A stretch of DNA of 64,000 bases from Candidatus Norongarragalinales archaeon (GCA_036004805.1 DASYRB010000008.1:3090-67089), one strand, 5' to 3'. Shown: positions 33,643 to 42,605, counted from the stretch's first letter. Notes: generated by a model from the sequence alone, not told the origin. Made by a program: numbers and translations.

Positions 33643-35267
33643 ATTTTTCGTCCGAACAATTCCTCGACGAGCACTCCGTAAGCCGGCCTCGTGATGAGCA
33701 CTCCGATCAGTACTCCCAGGATTGTCGCGATTCCGAAGCCCTGTACTTCAACGATTCCACTCAGAACTAGCGGCAGCATGGTGACGATGGCGATTCCTGC
33801 GCCCGTGAATACTATCTCGAATGCGCGCTTCAATCTTTCGGCGGTGCTGGTGATTTGTCCGGTTTCTGCCTCGCCGGGCTTTCTGCGAAGCATTTCGTCA
33901 GTAATGATGAGCTGGTCGTCTACGCCGGTACCGATGAGTGCGATGATTCCTGCCATCGCTGCCAAGTCGACGGTTCCGACCGCGCCAAGAATTGCGAGCA
34001 GGACCGTGATCTCGATCACGTCCGTGAGGATTATCGGCACGATCAGTCCTAGGTTGCGGTAGCGGATCACGATGATTATTGAAACGACGAGCAGCGCGAG
34101 GATCGCGCCGATGAAGCTGTAGGTGAGGAATTGCGAGCCGAGAGAAGGCGATACGGTGTAAGCGCTGCCGATGGTGGTCGCGACTGGAAGCTTGCCGCCC
34201 GTGAGTACTGTTTTGAGTTCTTTCAGGTCTTTCGAAGCTTCCCTGTCGGCTTCCTCGAAACCGCCCGTGGAAGTCACGCTTCCGGAGATGGAGTAACGAG
34301 GACTCACTACTTCTCCCTGTGCTAGGTCTGGTGATAGTTGCGGCGCTGACAAGAGTCCGATGACGCGCCAGCGCGAGACTCCGCCAACGTCGCTTCCTGG
34401 AGTCACGAGCGGCATGAATTCTTCATCGGGTCGTTGCGTGATGCATCGCGTGCAGCCCGTGCCATTAAGGTATCCCAGCGCTCTCAATTGCTGGAACATT
34501 GCGGGGTGTTCTTTTTCGAAAGAGTCTGGAACTATGACGCGTGTCTTGTTGAGCTTGTCGAACTCGGTAGAGTTGAAGTCTTCAGTGAAAACGAGCGCGA
34601 TATCGTCTCCTTCTTTGCGCAGCGCATCGTTCAACGCGTCGAGCACTGGTCCGCTCTCGCCCTCGGTCAGACCGAGCTTGTTCCTGCCGGCGAGCAGCGC
34701 GGCGTTTTCGGGACGATCGAGGAACATGTAGACGGGATAGTGCGGCTTGCCTTTCGCGACTTGGGCGAATTTCTCGTTGGCCGAGGGCCTTATTGCGAAG
34801 TCGATTTCCCAGCCGTTGCGTTGCAATTGTGACGGTAAGCGTTCGGCACCCGGACCGCCGACGCCTAAGATGTCGTCGCCCGTGAGCGCGACTTGTCCGT
34901 CAATGATGGCGGTGAAAGTGCCTTGTTCGCGAAGAATCTTTTCGACGCTGTGGATGACGTCCGGCGAGGAACGCGGAATTTCCACAATGACTTCCTTGTC
35001 TCCCAGTGGACGCACGACGGCTTGCGAGAGGCCGAACTTGTTGACGCGTTGCTTGATCGTATCGACGATCGTGCTCATCGTGGTGGGGTCGACGCTTTTT
35101 TCGAGAGAAACGGGTATGCGTACTCCGCCGACGAACTCGATTCCGAGGTTCACGTCGAGAGTGTTCGGGTTGAAGTCGCGCAGGAACAATAGGAAGAGCG
35201 CGATCGCTACGACTAGCACGATGAATTGTATGCGTCTGTTTCCTGCGAGTCTTGCAAAATCAACCAT
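33639..35267 (-). CDS. secD: Protein-export membrane protein SecD
   Basis: 542 aa. N-terminal TM helix, a large extracytoplasmic domain, and a C-terminal 5-TM bundle (IIALIGTGVDDQLIITDEML). Confidence 0.85.
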   Translation of the reverse strand: MVDFARLAGNRRIQFIVLVVAIALFLLFLRDFNPNTLDVNLGIEFVGGVRIPVSLEKSVDPTTMSTIVDTIKQRVNKFGLSQAVVRPLGDKEVIVEIPRSSPDVIHSVEKILREQGTFTAIIDGQVALTGDDILGVGGPGAERLPSQLQRNGWEIDFAIRPSANEKFAQVAKGKPHYPVYMFLDRPENAALLAGRNKLGLTEGESGPVLDALNDALRKEGDDIALVFTEDFNSTEFDKLNKTRVIVPDSFEKEHPAMFQQLRALGYLNGTGCTRCITQRPDEEFMPLVTPGSDVGGVSRWRVIGLLSAPQLSPDLAQGEVVSPRYSISGSVTSTGGFEEADREASKDLKELKTVLTGGKLPVATTIGSAYTVSPSLGSQFLTYSFIGAILALLVVSIIIVIRYRNLGLIVPIILTDVIEITVLLAILGAVGTVDLAAMAGIIALIGTGVDDQLIITDEMLRRKPGEAETGQITSTAERLKRAFEIVFTGAGIAIVTMLPLVLSGIVEVQGFGIATILGVLIGVLITRPAYGVLVEELFGRKI

Positions 35268-35277
35268 TTTTCCAGTT

Positions 35278-36408
35278 TCAGCTCGTTGCTTGCGCTTTGC
35301 GTTGTTTCTTTTCCGTGTGCCAGACGATGAGTGGCGCGTTGAACGCCCACGTCGCGGCGAAGTCTACTACGCTTCCGATGACCGCGACGGCTCCGATCTC
35401 TGCAAAGGTCTGTATGGAGAGGAAGTTGGCGACGATGACGAGCACGCCGAACGCGGCGATGCTGGTGAAGTTCATCATGAAACCAGTGATCATTGCTTGG
35501 TGCGCGCGTTCGGCCGCGGTGCCTTCGGTGCGCCTGAAGACGCGGATGGTGAGCATGTTGTCAGTGTTGAGCGAGAAGCCGACGAGCATCAGGAGCGCGG
35601 CTACGCTCGCGAGCGTTAGGGGTATTTGGAAGAGGCCCATCGCGCCCAGCGTGACGATGATGTCAGTGATCGCTCCGAATAGCACGGCGATGCTCGGCAC
35701 GACGCTGCGGAAAATGATGAAGACGGCGATTGCTGAGAGCGCGAAGCTGACTAGCATTATTTGTCGGGTTTTTTCGAGGAAGAACTTCGACAAGCTGCTG
35801 CCTATCTCTTTGAATGAATAGCTTTCGATCGTGACTTGCGATGCGACGGTGCGTACGATGTTGTCGCGTTGCGCGTTGCGGGCGTTCTCGAACTCGGATT
35901 GCGCGAGTCTTGCCGCGTCGTGGCCGTCTTGCGGCACTTGTTTGTTGATCTTGAGGAGCGTGAACACTTGCGCGACCTTTTCTTTCAGTTGCGCCGCGAT
36001 TTGTGGCGAGTTTTTCGCAATGACGCCGGTGGTGGTGGCATTGTTGAATTGCGCGTCGGCCTCGTCGATCTCGGCGGCTGCTAGTTGCGAGTCGAGAGTC
36101 CTGATTTCTTTCACGAGCGCGTCGGCTTTCTCAAGGTCGGGATTGAGTGATAGTTCTATTTCCAGGCCTTGGCCGTTTGGTGTTTGGAATTGTCTGACTT
36201 GCACGTTTTCGCTGTACTGCGATAGTGAGGCTTTCAGCGCGGCCACGTTCACCTGGCCTTGTGTTTGTATGGTGAGTAGTTGTCCTCCTCTCAGGTCGAC
36301 GCCGGTGGGTACGCTCTGGATGAAGAAAGCGCTCGCTATGAGCAGAACGATTGGTATGGCTACGAGGTATTTGTAGTTCTTGTTCTCGTACGGGTTGGGA
36401 ATCTTCAC
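35278..36408 (-). CDS. secF: Protein-export membrane protein SecF
   Basis: 376 aa: TGVDLRGGQLLTIQ, C-terminal bundle LLMLVGFSLNTDNMLTIRVFRR. Archaeal secF-secD order. Confidence 0.85.
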   Translation of the reverse strand: MKIPNPYENKNYKYLVAIPIVLLIASAFFIQSVPTGVDLRGGQLLTIQTQGQVNVAALKASLSQYSENVQVRQFQTPNGQGLEIELSLNPDLEKADALVKEIRTLDSQLAAAEIDEADAQFNNATTTGVIAKNSPQIAAQLKEKVAQVFTLLKINKQVPQDGHDAARLAQSEFENARNAQRDNIVRTVASQVTIESYSFKEIGSSLSKFFLEKTRQIMLVSFALSAIAVFIIFRSVVPSIAVLFGAITDIIVTLGAMGLFQIPLTLASVAALLMLVGFSLNTDNMLTIRVFRRTEGTAAERAHQAMITGFMMNFTSIAAFGVLVIVANFLSIQTFAEIGAVAVIGSVVDFAATWAFNAPLIVWHTEKKQRKAQATS

Positions 36409-36545
36409 TAGCTTGTTTTCAATCCACCGTAAAATAGGAGTTTTTAGGACGCAAGAATTAAGGGGTCGGGGGCTTCTTATTAATGCTTACAATCACCAAA
36501 AGAAACTAGCAAACGAATTCTTCGAAATTCTTCGGATTTTCGCGC

Positions 36546-36630
36546 GCAGGGGTGGCAGAGCCTGGACAAATGCGCCGCGTTCAGGGCGCGGTCTCTTAGG
36601 AGTGCGAGGGTTCAAATCCCTCCCCCTGCA
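36546..36630 (+). tRNA. tRNA-Leu (anticodon CAG)
   Basis: Hand fold: GCAGGGG TG GCA GAGCCTGGACAAA TGC G CCGCG TTCAGGG CGCGG TCTCTTAGGAGTGC GAGGG TTCAAAT CCCTC CCCCTGC A. Long variable arm. Confidence 0.9.
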
Positions 36631-36648
36631 CTCTAGTTTTCGAAAAAA

Positions 36649-37302
36649 ATGGCTAGCTTGTATCATTGGCTCGCGAAGAAAAAAGCGCAGCGAATAGCTT
36701 CCGAGACCGTCAAGGACTTGTTGGAAAAAGGCAGGGCGGCGACGGGCTTCGAGTTCGGTTCCTTCACTAAAAGCTGGAAACCCATTCTCACAAAAAAACA
36801 CCAAGGATTCACGCGCGTATCTACCATGCGCGTATTGGAAAAAGGCATCATTGCGGGAGCCAAAGACCTCGCGTCTTTTCGCCTCGCGTACTACCCGAAA
36901 AATATTGATGAAGCGAGAGCTTTCGCCGCGGGCGCGCTGCGCGTAGCTGGCGGCGGACCGGCACAAGCTTATCCGGGCGCGGTGGGTTCGCTTTACGGGG
37001 CGGAAAAGAACGATCACACTTACGCGATCGGTTACGTGCAGGGACACTTCTTGTTGCAACGCACGCCAGAACTTTCCAGGAAGATCGTGACGAAGCACGG
37101 CGGCTGGCGTCACCACTTGCTCAATCACGCTTTCAAATTGATTCAAGAAAATAAATCCATAAGCAGAATACAACTATCAATGTCACAAACCACTCCCGAG
37201 ACGATGAAAATTTTCAAACAAGTCGCGGCAAAGCACGGCTTCAACAAGTTCGTACACAGGAAAAGCGAATGGAGAGAACACGTCTTCGCAGAAAAAACCT
37301 AG
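36649..37302 (+). CDS. Orphan family 'GGW-HL' copy 1 (217 aa)
   Basis: Shares the ordered motifs AYPGAVGSLYG, GYVQGHF, KHGGWRHHLL and C-terminal KIFKQVAAKHGF with ORFs at 39404, 40026 and 41011. Starts 18 nt after tRNA-Leu. Confidence 0.75.
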   Translation: MASLYHWLAKKKAQRIASETVKDLLEKGRAATGFEFGSFTKSWKPILTKKHQGFTRVSTMRVLEKGIIAGAKDLASFRLAYYPKNIDEARAFAAGALRVAGGGPAQAYPGAVGSLYGAEKNDHTYAIGYVQGHFLLQRTPELSRKIVTKHGGWRHHLLNHAFKLIQENKSISRIQLSMSQTTPETMKIFKQVAAKHGFNKFVHRKSEWREHVFAEKT

Positions 37303-37319
37303 ATCGAGAAATTTGAAAA

Positions 37320-37961
37320 ATGACAAAAGTACATTTCATTGACGACATCCCTGCAGAAACCATGAACGGGTTGCGCGAGAGGATTCGCAGCGCTAACGGC
37401 AAGGTCGTGTTGTTGGTGCATCCTTTCTATCTGCAGGGTCATCCGGATTTCGTAACGCAGGCCGCCGCTTATTGGAGGACGGTTCATAAGTTGTTGCGGC
37501 AAAGAAAAACGCCCTTGATAGTTTTGCAAACGAAAAGCGGCACGCGAAAACTATACAACATTTTGCAGAAAATCAAGGCGCTCCGGGATACGATTGTCAT
37601 TCCTACTCTTGATGGCGCCCCGCAAGCATTGCTTCACGAAAAGCGAGGATACTTCGACGAAGAACACGCGTTACTCATAGACACGCTAGCAAAAGCTGGC
37701 GCGCGAACTGTTCACCTGGGCGGTTCGCATGCTTGGAACTTTCGAACATCCACCGCGCAAGAAGTTTTAGAACACGAAAAAGAATGGCTCTCGCCGGAAG
37801 CGGCCAAAAAAGCGACCAAAGGCACCGCACACCTCGGCTGCATGGGCGAAACCTACCTCGCGCTCGTGAGATCTAAAAAGTTCAAAGTTCGACCCATACC
37901 TGAAGCAATGCTGCCGCACAAGCCAAGCTGGTTCCCAGCAACAGAAAAAAGGACTTCTTAA
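37320..37961 (+). CDS. Hypothetical protein (213 aa)
   Basis: Clean ORF 17 nt after the previous stop. Alternating strand/helix pattern (VVLLVHPFY, TPLIVLQT, TIVIPT, RTVHLGGSHAW). No family recognised. Confidence 0.7.
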   Translation: MTKVHFIDDIPAETMNGLRERIRSANGKVVLLVHPFYLQGHPDFVTQAAAYWRTVHKLLRQRKTPLIVLQTKSGTRKLYNILQKIKALRDTIVIPTLDGAPQALLHEKRGYFDEEHALLIDTLAKAGARTVHLGGSHAWNFRTSTAQEVLEHEKEWLSPEAAKKATKGTAHLGCMGETYLALVRSKKFKVRPIPEAMLPHKPSWFPATEKRTS

Positions 37962-37989
37962 TAACCGAGAAACGCGGAATTTATTCATC

Positions 37990-38151
37990 ATGGGAATTTC
38001 AAAAGCGGACTACACGAAACGCAAAAACACTCTCAAAGCGAAACTTGAGGAATTGGAGAAGAAGGCTCGCAATGACCCTCTCAAAAAGGACCGCGTGCTT
38101 CACGAGGAGATCGCTGACGTGAAGAAGAAGCTCGCGGAACTAGATTACTAA
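37990..38151 (+). CDS. Small coiled-coil protein (53 aa), hypothetical
   Basis: Not in the ORF track. Hand translation: MGISKADYTKRKNTLKAKLEELEKKARNDPLKKDRVLHEEIADVKKKLAELDY*. Confidence 0.35.
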   Translation: MGISKADYTKRKNTLKAKLEELEKKARNDPLKKDRVLHEEIADVKKKLAELDY

Positions 38152-38170
38152 AAACAAAACAAAAACAAAG

Positions 38171-38737
38171 GTGCTGATTGGATTGAAGAACTCTGGAACC
38201 GTTGCCGGCGTTTTGTTGATGCTTGCCGCCATCGTTTTTTCGGCAGGCATGTTTGTTTCAGAGTCTATGCATACCGGCTACAACCCGTCTCGCGATTTGA
38301 TCAGCGAACTTGGCGTCGGCCCAGGCGCGGTTTTTTTCAATTACGGCGCGATCCTGGCCGGATTGTTGGTGATTGCTAGCTCTTTCTCCGCTTCGTTCAA
38401 GAACATTTTCGTCTTTCTCTTGACGGTTGCCGCGTTCGGATTGTTGGGCGTCGGCATCTTCCCTGAAACGATGGCCGGACAACACTTCGTTGCCGCAAGC
38501 GTGACGTTCATTTTTGCCGGCCTCGCGGCGGTCGCTTCTTACTCTTTTTCGGAACCGCCTTTGAACAAGGTGTTCCTGGCATTGGGAGCGTTGTCGCTTT
38601 GCGCGCTCGCGCTGTTTTCTCTGCAAATATTCTTGGGCCTCGGCCCGGGCGGCATGGAGCGGTTAATGGCGTACCCGATCTTGATCTGGTCGTTGTTGTT
38701 TGGCTATTCCTTGGTGGAAAAGCGAGACCTTTGGTAG
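38171..38737 (+). CDS. Multi-pass membrane protein (DUF998-like), hypothetical
   Basis: 188 aa, about 6 hydrophobic helices. GTG start in the track; internal ATG alternatives exist. Confidence 0.65.
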   Translation: MLIGLKNSGTVAGVLLMLAAIVFSAGMFVSESMHTGYNPSRDLISELGVGPGAVFFNYGAILAGLLVIASSFSASFKNIFVFLLTVAAFGLLGVGIFPETMAGQHFVAASVTFIFAGLAAVASYSFSEPPLNKVFLALGALSLCALALFSLQIFLGLGPGGMERLMAYPILIWSLLFGYSLVEKRDLW

Positions 38738-38789
38738 AAAGAAGCGTCTTTAAAACTGTCAGGCGACCAAAACACGTTCGATCAAAAAA

Positions 38790-39392
38790 ATGAAACAACT
38801 AGCACTCTTGCTCGTGGCGTCGTTGTTGCTTTTCGGATGCGTTTCTCCAGAACAACAGCAATCGAACGCGCCCGTGAATTCTCAAGCGAACCTAACTACA
38901 CAATCAAGCGCTAACGCTTCAGGAGGAGTCTCAATGCAAAACACCGCCCAAAAAGGCGACAACGTAGCCGTCGATTACGTGGGGTCTTTGGATAACGGAA
39001 CGGTTTTCGACACGTCGATAAAAGAAGAAGCGGAGAAGGCCGGCTTGCCGCTTCGTGACGCTTACGCGCCACTCGAGTTCACGGTCGGCGCGGGACAAAT
39101 GATCAAAGGATTCGACGCGGCCGTGGTCGGTATGAAGGTGGGCGAAGAAAAAACAGTGCACCTCGCGCCCGCGGATGCTTACGGAGAGATCGATCCGCAA
39201 TACATCATGACCGTGCCTATCGCGAACGTGCCGGAAGGCGTCAAGGTCGGCTCGAGGCTTTCCACCCAAACGGGAATTCCTGGCGTCGTTACTTCAGTGA
39301 CGGACGTGAACGTGACTGTCGATTTCAACAACCCGCTCGCCGGCAAAGCGCTGAACTTCAGGATCATCATGCGCAAAATAACAAAGGCATGA
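38790..39392 (+). CDS. FKBP-type peptidyl-prolyl cis-trans isomerase with lipobox signal peptide
   Basis: 200 aa. Signal/lipobox LLLFGCVSPE. FKBP core GDNVAVDYVGSLDNGTVFDTS...PLEFTVGAGQMIKGFDAAVVGMKVGE plus an IF-flap insert. Confidence 0.88.
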   Translation: MKQLALLLVASLLLFGCVSPEQQQSNAPVNSQANLTTQSSANASGGVSMQNTAQKGDNVAVDYVGSLDNGTVFDTSIKEEAEKAGLPLRDAYAPLEFTVGAGQMIKGFDAAVVGMKVGEEKTVHLAPADAYGEIDPQYIMTVPIANVPEGVKVGSRLSTQTGIPGVVTSVTDVNVTVDFNNPLAGKALNFRIIMRKITKA

Positions 39393-39403
39393 GGCAATAA
39401 GTT

Positions 39404-40069
39404 TTGGCCGTTTTCACTTACGAAGAGGTCAAGAAGGAAGGCGCGCTCACTACGAGCCAATTGCAACGCCACCACATTGCGGTGATTGGCGAAACTGAAA
39501 GAGACGTGCACTTCGTACGCAACACTAGTCATGGTTTGATAGCGGAGTACTCGCACGACAATGATCACGAGTTGATGTATTTTCCGCAAGACCCAAAACA
39601 CGCGTCACAGTTTGCGGCCAGTGGTTACGTGATGAAGGCGCTCGGGCCCGGCGACATCTATCCGGGAAGCGTGGGCGTGCTGCATTACGAGTTCCACAAG
39701 AAAACGATGCTCGTGCAATGGGTCCAGGGAAGTTTCAAGACGGGCGAGCCGAAAGAACTCACGCGCGCCATTGTTTCGAAGCACGGAGGCTGGCGGCTGC
39801 ACCTGTTCGACGAAGCACTCAAGAGAGCGAAACGTTTCAACATCAAGAAAGTAGTTTTCGCGCCAGAACCGCCGCTCGAAATCGAAAAAGTACGACAAGC
39901 CAGAGAAGCACACCACGGCAACGCGATAGCCGATTTCCGCAAAGTCGCTGAAAGGCCCGAACACGGTTTTCACGTCGAAGAAAAAATCTTGGAAGACCTT
40001 GAACTGCAGAGAGCGAGAAGAGAAGATGGCGGCGGAGGCAAGCACCGTGTTGAAGCGACGAGAACCTAA
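39404..40069 (+). CDS. Orphan family 'GGW-HL' copy 2 (221 aa)
   Basis: Motifs IYPGSVGVLHY, QWVQGSF, KHGGWRLHLF. TTG start in the track, 12 nt after the FKBP stop. The 3' end overlaps copy 3. Confidence 0.68.
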   Translation: MAVFTYEEVKKEGALTTSQLQRHHIAVIGETERDVHFVRNTSHGLIAEYSHDNDHELMYFPQDPKHASQFAASGYVMKALGPGDIYPGSVGVLHYEFHKKTMLVQWVQGSFKTGEPKELTRAIVSKHGGWRLHLFDEALKRAKRFNIKKVVFAPEPPLEIEKVRQAREAHHGNAIADFRKVAERPEHGFHVEEKILEDLELQRARREDGGGGKHRVEATRT

Positions 40070-40739
40070 AATCGACCGCGCGGCCGAAGCTGAACGCGTC
40101 GTACACGAACTGCTAACGAGAGGAACGACGGTGGTTCGAGCCCCGCCCTCGGGCGCGAAGAGGCGCGAAAGCATCATCCTCAAGAACGTAAACCGAAGCG
40201 GTAAAGGCATCGTTGCTGAAGTCATCAATCCAGGAGGCATTCGCTCCGTGACCGGCGCCGCGAGTAACGCGAAAGTACTCGTGTTTTTTCCGACCAACAA
40301 GGAACACGCGCGCTTGTTCGCGCTCAACCAGAACATCCTTTTTCCGGGAGGTCCGAGCTCGCTTTTTCCCGGAAGCGTCGGCAGCCTGAAGTACTCAAGA
40401 CAACAATTCCCGAAGACTTCTGCTTATGACGTTCACTGGATCCAGGGTCACTTCAAGACGAGCAGCGCGTTTCAAATTCCTCGCAAGATCGCCACGCTGT
40501 ACGGCGGTTGGAGCACGCACTTGTTGAACGTGTTGTTCGAGAGAGCCGCGAACGCTTTCCCTGGGAAGCACAAGCTGGTCGAGATGCGGTTCATGGGCGA
40601 CGAGGAAGCGCTTCGAAAATTGCAACCGAAAGGCGTGCTGTTCGAAAAAATAGCGAAGAGCAAAAAGTTCGACGTTTCGAAAGACCGTTCCGCTAGCGGT
40701 TTGCCTTACGCGTTCATGGCGAGACGAAAACCGCAATAA
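40026..40739 (+). CDS. Orphan family 'GGW-HL' copy 3 (237 aa)
   Basis: ORF 39999..40739. ATG at 40026 is preferred because MAAEASTVLKRREPKIDRAAEAERVV then aligns with the copy-4 N-terminus. Motifs LFPGSVGSLKY, HWIQGHF, LYGGWSTHLL, VLFEKIAKSKKF. Confidence 0.7.
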   Translation: MAAEASTVLKRREPKIDRAAEAERVVHELLTRGTTVVRAPPSGAKRRESIILKNVNRSGKGIVAEVINPGGIRSVTGAASNAKVLVFFPTNKEHARLFALNQNILFPGGPSSLFPGSVGSLKYSRQQFPKTSAYDVHWIQGHFKTSSAFQIPRKIATLYGGWSTHLLNVLFERAANAFPGKHKLVEMRFMGDEEALRKLQPKGVLFEKIAKSKKFDVSKDRSASGLPYAFMARRKPQ

Positions 40740-40799
40740 AAAATTCTTGGACGCTTTCTCCGCATCTTTTTATTCGAAGCGGGCCGCAAACAATTCGCT

Positions 40800-41006
40800 A
40801 TGAACAATGACTACACGCCGCTCTACATTGCCGGATGGATAATGATGATTACGGGACTCGTTTACGCAGTGCTTCCGCACGACCTTCACGCGGTCTTGCC
40901 GTTTTTCAGCGAGGAAGCGCACGAGCTGCACGAAGTGTTAGGCATGGGCGTCGTTGTTCTCGGCGTAGTGGTCTTGGCTATCGACAGGAGGATGAAGAAC
41001 CGTTAG
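40800..41006 (+). CDS. Small two-TM membrane protein (68 aa), hypothetical
   Basis: Has two hydrophobic helices, LYIAGWIMMITGLVYAVL and GMGVVVLGVVVLAI. ATG start. Ends 4 nt before the next gene. Confidence 0.5.
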   Translation: MNNDYTPLYIAGWIMMITGLVYAVLPHDLHAVLPFFSEEAHELHEVLGMGVVVLGVVVLAIDRRMKNR

Positions 41007-41010
41007 AGCA

Positions 41011-41655
41011 ATGACAAAGCTTCCACGCGCAGAGCCCAAGTTCGACTTCGAAGGAGAAGCGGAACGCGTCATCGAACAACTCAAGAGCAAGGGAGAAGTG
41101 ATCACGGGTCCGAGCAATCGCAAACTTTACGTCGTCGGAGCGAGAGGAAAGGGTTTGGTTGCGGAAAGCGAACGCACCCTGCAAAAGCCTCGCGCGACAG
41201 AGCTCGTTTTCTATCCCGAACCACAACACGTCAAGCTTTTTGCGAGAAGCAACGCGATCGGAAAGGTACGCACCGGCGGTCCCGGATACCATTTTCCCGG
41301 AAGCGTGGGCTCGCTTTATTACCAGAACCACGAGGGCGAGCTGCACGTCGCTTGGATCCAGGGCAGCTTTGCGCAAAAAACCACTCCCGGCCTCGAACGC
41401 AAAATAGTCACTCGTTACGGCGGCTGGAGAGAACACCTTTTGAAAGAATTGTTCGAACGCGCCGACCAAAAAGGAATTCGCACGGTGCGTTATTACTCGG
41501 GACAAATAATCTCGGTCTCGAAAGACACGCACGAACCCAAAAAGGTTAACGAGGCGCTCTTCGAAAAAATAGCTGCTAACGCGGGCTTCGAAACGAGGGC
41601 GGAGTTCTTGCACGGCGGAAACAACAAGTACCTCGTCGCTCGCAAAAAACTGTAA
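41011..41655 (+). CDS. Orphan family 'GGW-HL' copy 4 (214 aa)
   Basis: Motifs HFPGSVGSLYY, AWIQGSF, RYGGWREHLL, NEALFEKIAANAGF. N-terminal EPKFDFEGEAERVI is shared with copy 3. Confidence 0.75.
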   Translation: MTKLPRAEPKFDFEGEAERVIEQLKSKGEVITGPSNRKLYVVGARGKGLVAESERTLQKPRATELVFYPEPQHVKLFARSNAIGKVRTGGPGYHFPGSVGSLYYQNHEGELHVAWIQGSFAQKTTPGLERKIVTRYGGWREHLLKELFERADQKGIRTVRYYSGQIISVSKDTHEPKKVNEALFEKIAANAGFETRAEFLHGGNNKYLVARKKL

Positions 41656-41659
41656 AAAT

Positions 41660-42469
41660 TTAGCGGATGTATGACAGCGTTTCGCGCTTGAGGATCTCTT
41701 CAGTTTTCGGCGTGGCGGCGCGAGGAGCCTCAGGCGCTTGCGGTGATTCTGCTTTCTTCAACATCTCTTCCATTTTCTTCGCGCGTTTTTCGAGTTCTTT
41801 CGTGTCGATCTTGTGTCCGGTAAAGCTGCTCAAGAAGTCGATGAGTCGTTGTGCGCCTTTCGCGTCCACCTGGTTGCCAGGCGTTTCTACAAGGAGCGTG
41901 GCTCCTGCGGCGCCGTAGAGGGGCGCGAGTCCGGGCACTAGTCCAGCCATGCCTACTATGGGCACGTGTTGTTCGGGCGGCTTGACTCCGTGCTTCGCTA
42001 GCTTTTGGAATAGAACGTTGTGCGTCGACGCGCCGTAGAGTATTGGTTTTTCGATTTTTTTCTGCACGGCGTATCCGGCCATCGCGAAAACCAGCTTGCC
42101 TTCCAGCGTTTTCGTGAAGTATTCAAGCACTTTGCTGGTGACTTCATACTGTCCCTCGACAGTGAGTGGTTGTAGTTCGCCGCGGAGGATGACGAGGTCG
42201 TGTTTGGCGTTGGGCACGTGGTAGAACTTGAGCGTGAATGGTTTGAGCTTGCCGTTCTTGAGCGCGAGCGTCTGGTTGAAGAAGGCGGGCGAGTAGAGCG
42301 ACGCGATCTTTTTCGCGTTGAGTACTTTCACGGTGTGGTCGACCGCGAGCTTGCTGACTAGTCCGATGCCCGGCAGTCCCATCACGAGTACGGGTGACTT
42401 GGGCTTGGTGTCTTTGTGCGTGTGTACGAAGCTTTCTTTGAACGTCGGGGTGGACTTGTTGTTATCCAT
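41660..42469 (-). CDS. PAC2-family (proteasome assembly chaperone-like) protein
   Basis: ORF 41660..42496 trimmed to MDNNKSTP (ATG at 42469, overlapping the nop10 stop). VLVMGLPGIGLVSKLAVDH... is typical of the archaeal PAC2 family. Confidence 0.78.
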   Translation of the reverse strand: MDNNKSTPTFKESFVHTHKDTKPKSPVLVMGLPGIGLVSKLAVDHTVKVLNAKKIASLYSPAFFNQTLALKNGKLKPFTLKFYHVPNAKHDLVILRGELQPLTVEGQYEVTSKVLEYFTKTLEGKLVFAMAGYAVQKKIEKPILYGASTHNVLFQKLAKHGVKPPEQHVPIVGMAGLVPGLAPLYGAAGATLLVETPGNQVDAKGAQRLIDFLSSFTGHKIDTKELEKRAKKMEEMLKKAESPQAPEAPRAATPKTEEILKRETLSYIR

Positions 42470-42605
42470 ACTTGGCTTTTCTCCGGTATTCGGCATACTT
42501 GTCGACTATAGAAAACTTTGCAGGGTGCGGGTTTCGTGTCTCGCTGCCGTCCCGCGGGCATTTTTCCTGTAGTGTATATACGCCGCACTTGACGCACTTG
42601 CGCAT
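42462..42605 (-). CDS. nop10: H/ACA RNP subunit Nop10
   Basis: Not in the ORF track. Codon-by-codon hand translation: MRKCVKCGVYTLQEKCPRDGSETRNPHPAKFSIVDKYAEYRRKAKYG*. The PHPAKFS..DKY..YRR signature and position after eIF2alpha are typical. Confidence 0.88.
   Translation of the reverse strand: MRKCVKCGVYTLQEKCPRDGSETRNPHPAKFSIVDKYAEYRRKAKYG

Noticed and set aside
36546-41655. Possibility that the tRNA-Leu-adjacent cluster is an integrated mobile element or provirus
   Set aside because: No integrase, transposase, capsid or terminase-like ORF is present. I found no direct repeat of the tRNA-Leu 3' half near 41.6 kb by eye. The FKBP and membrane genes look chromosomal. It is kept as a paralogue-family finding instead.
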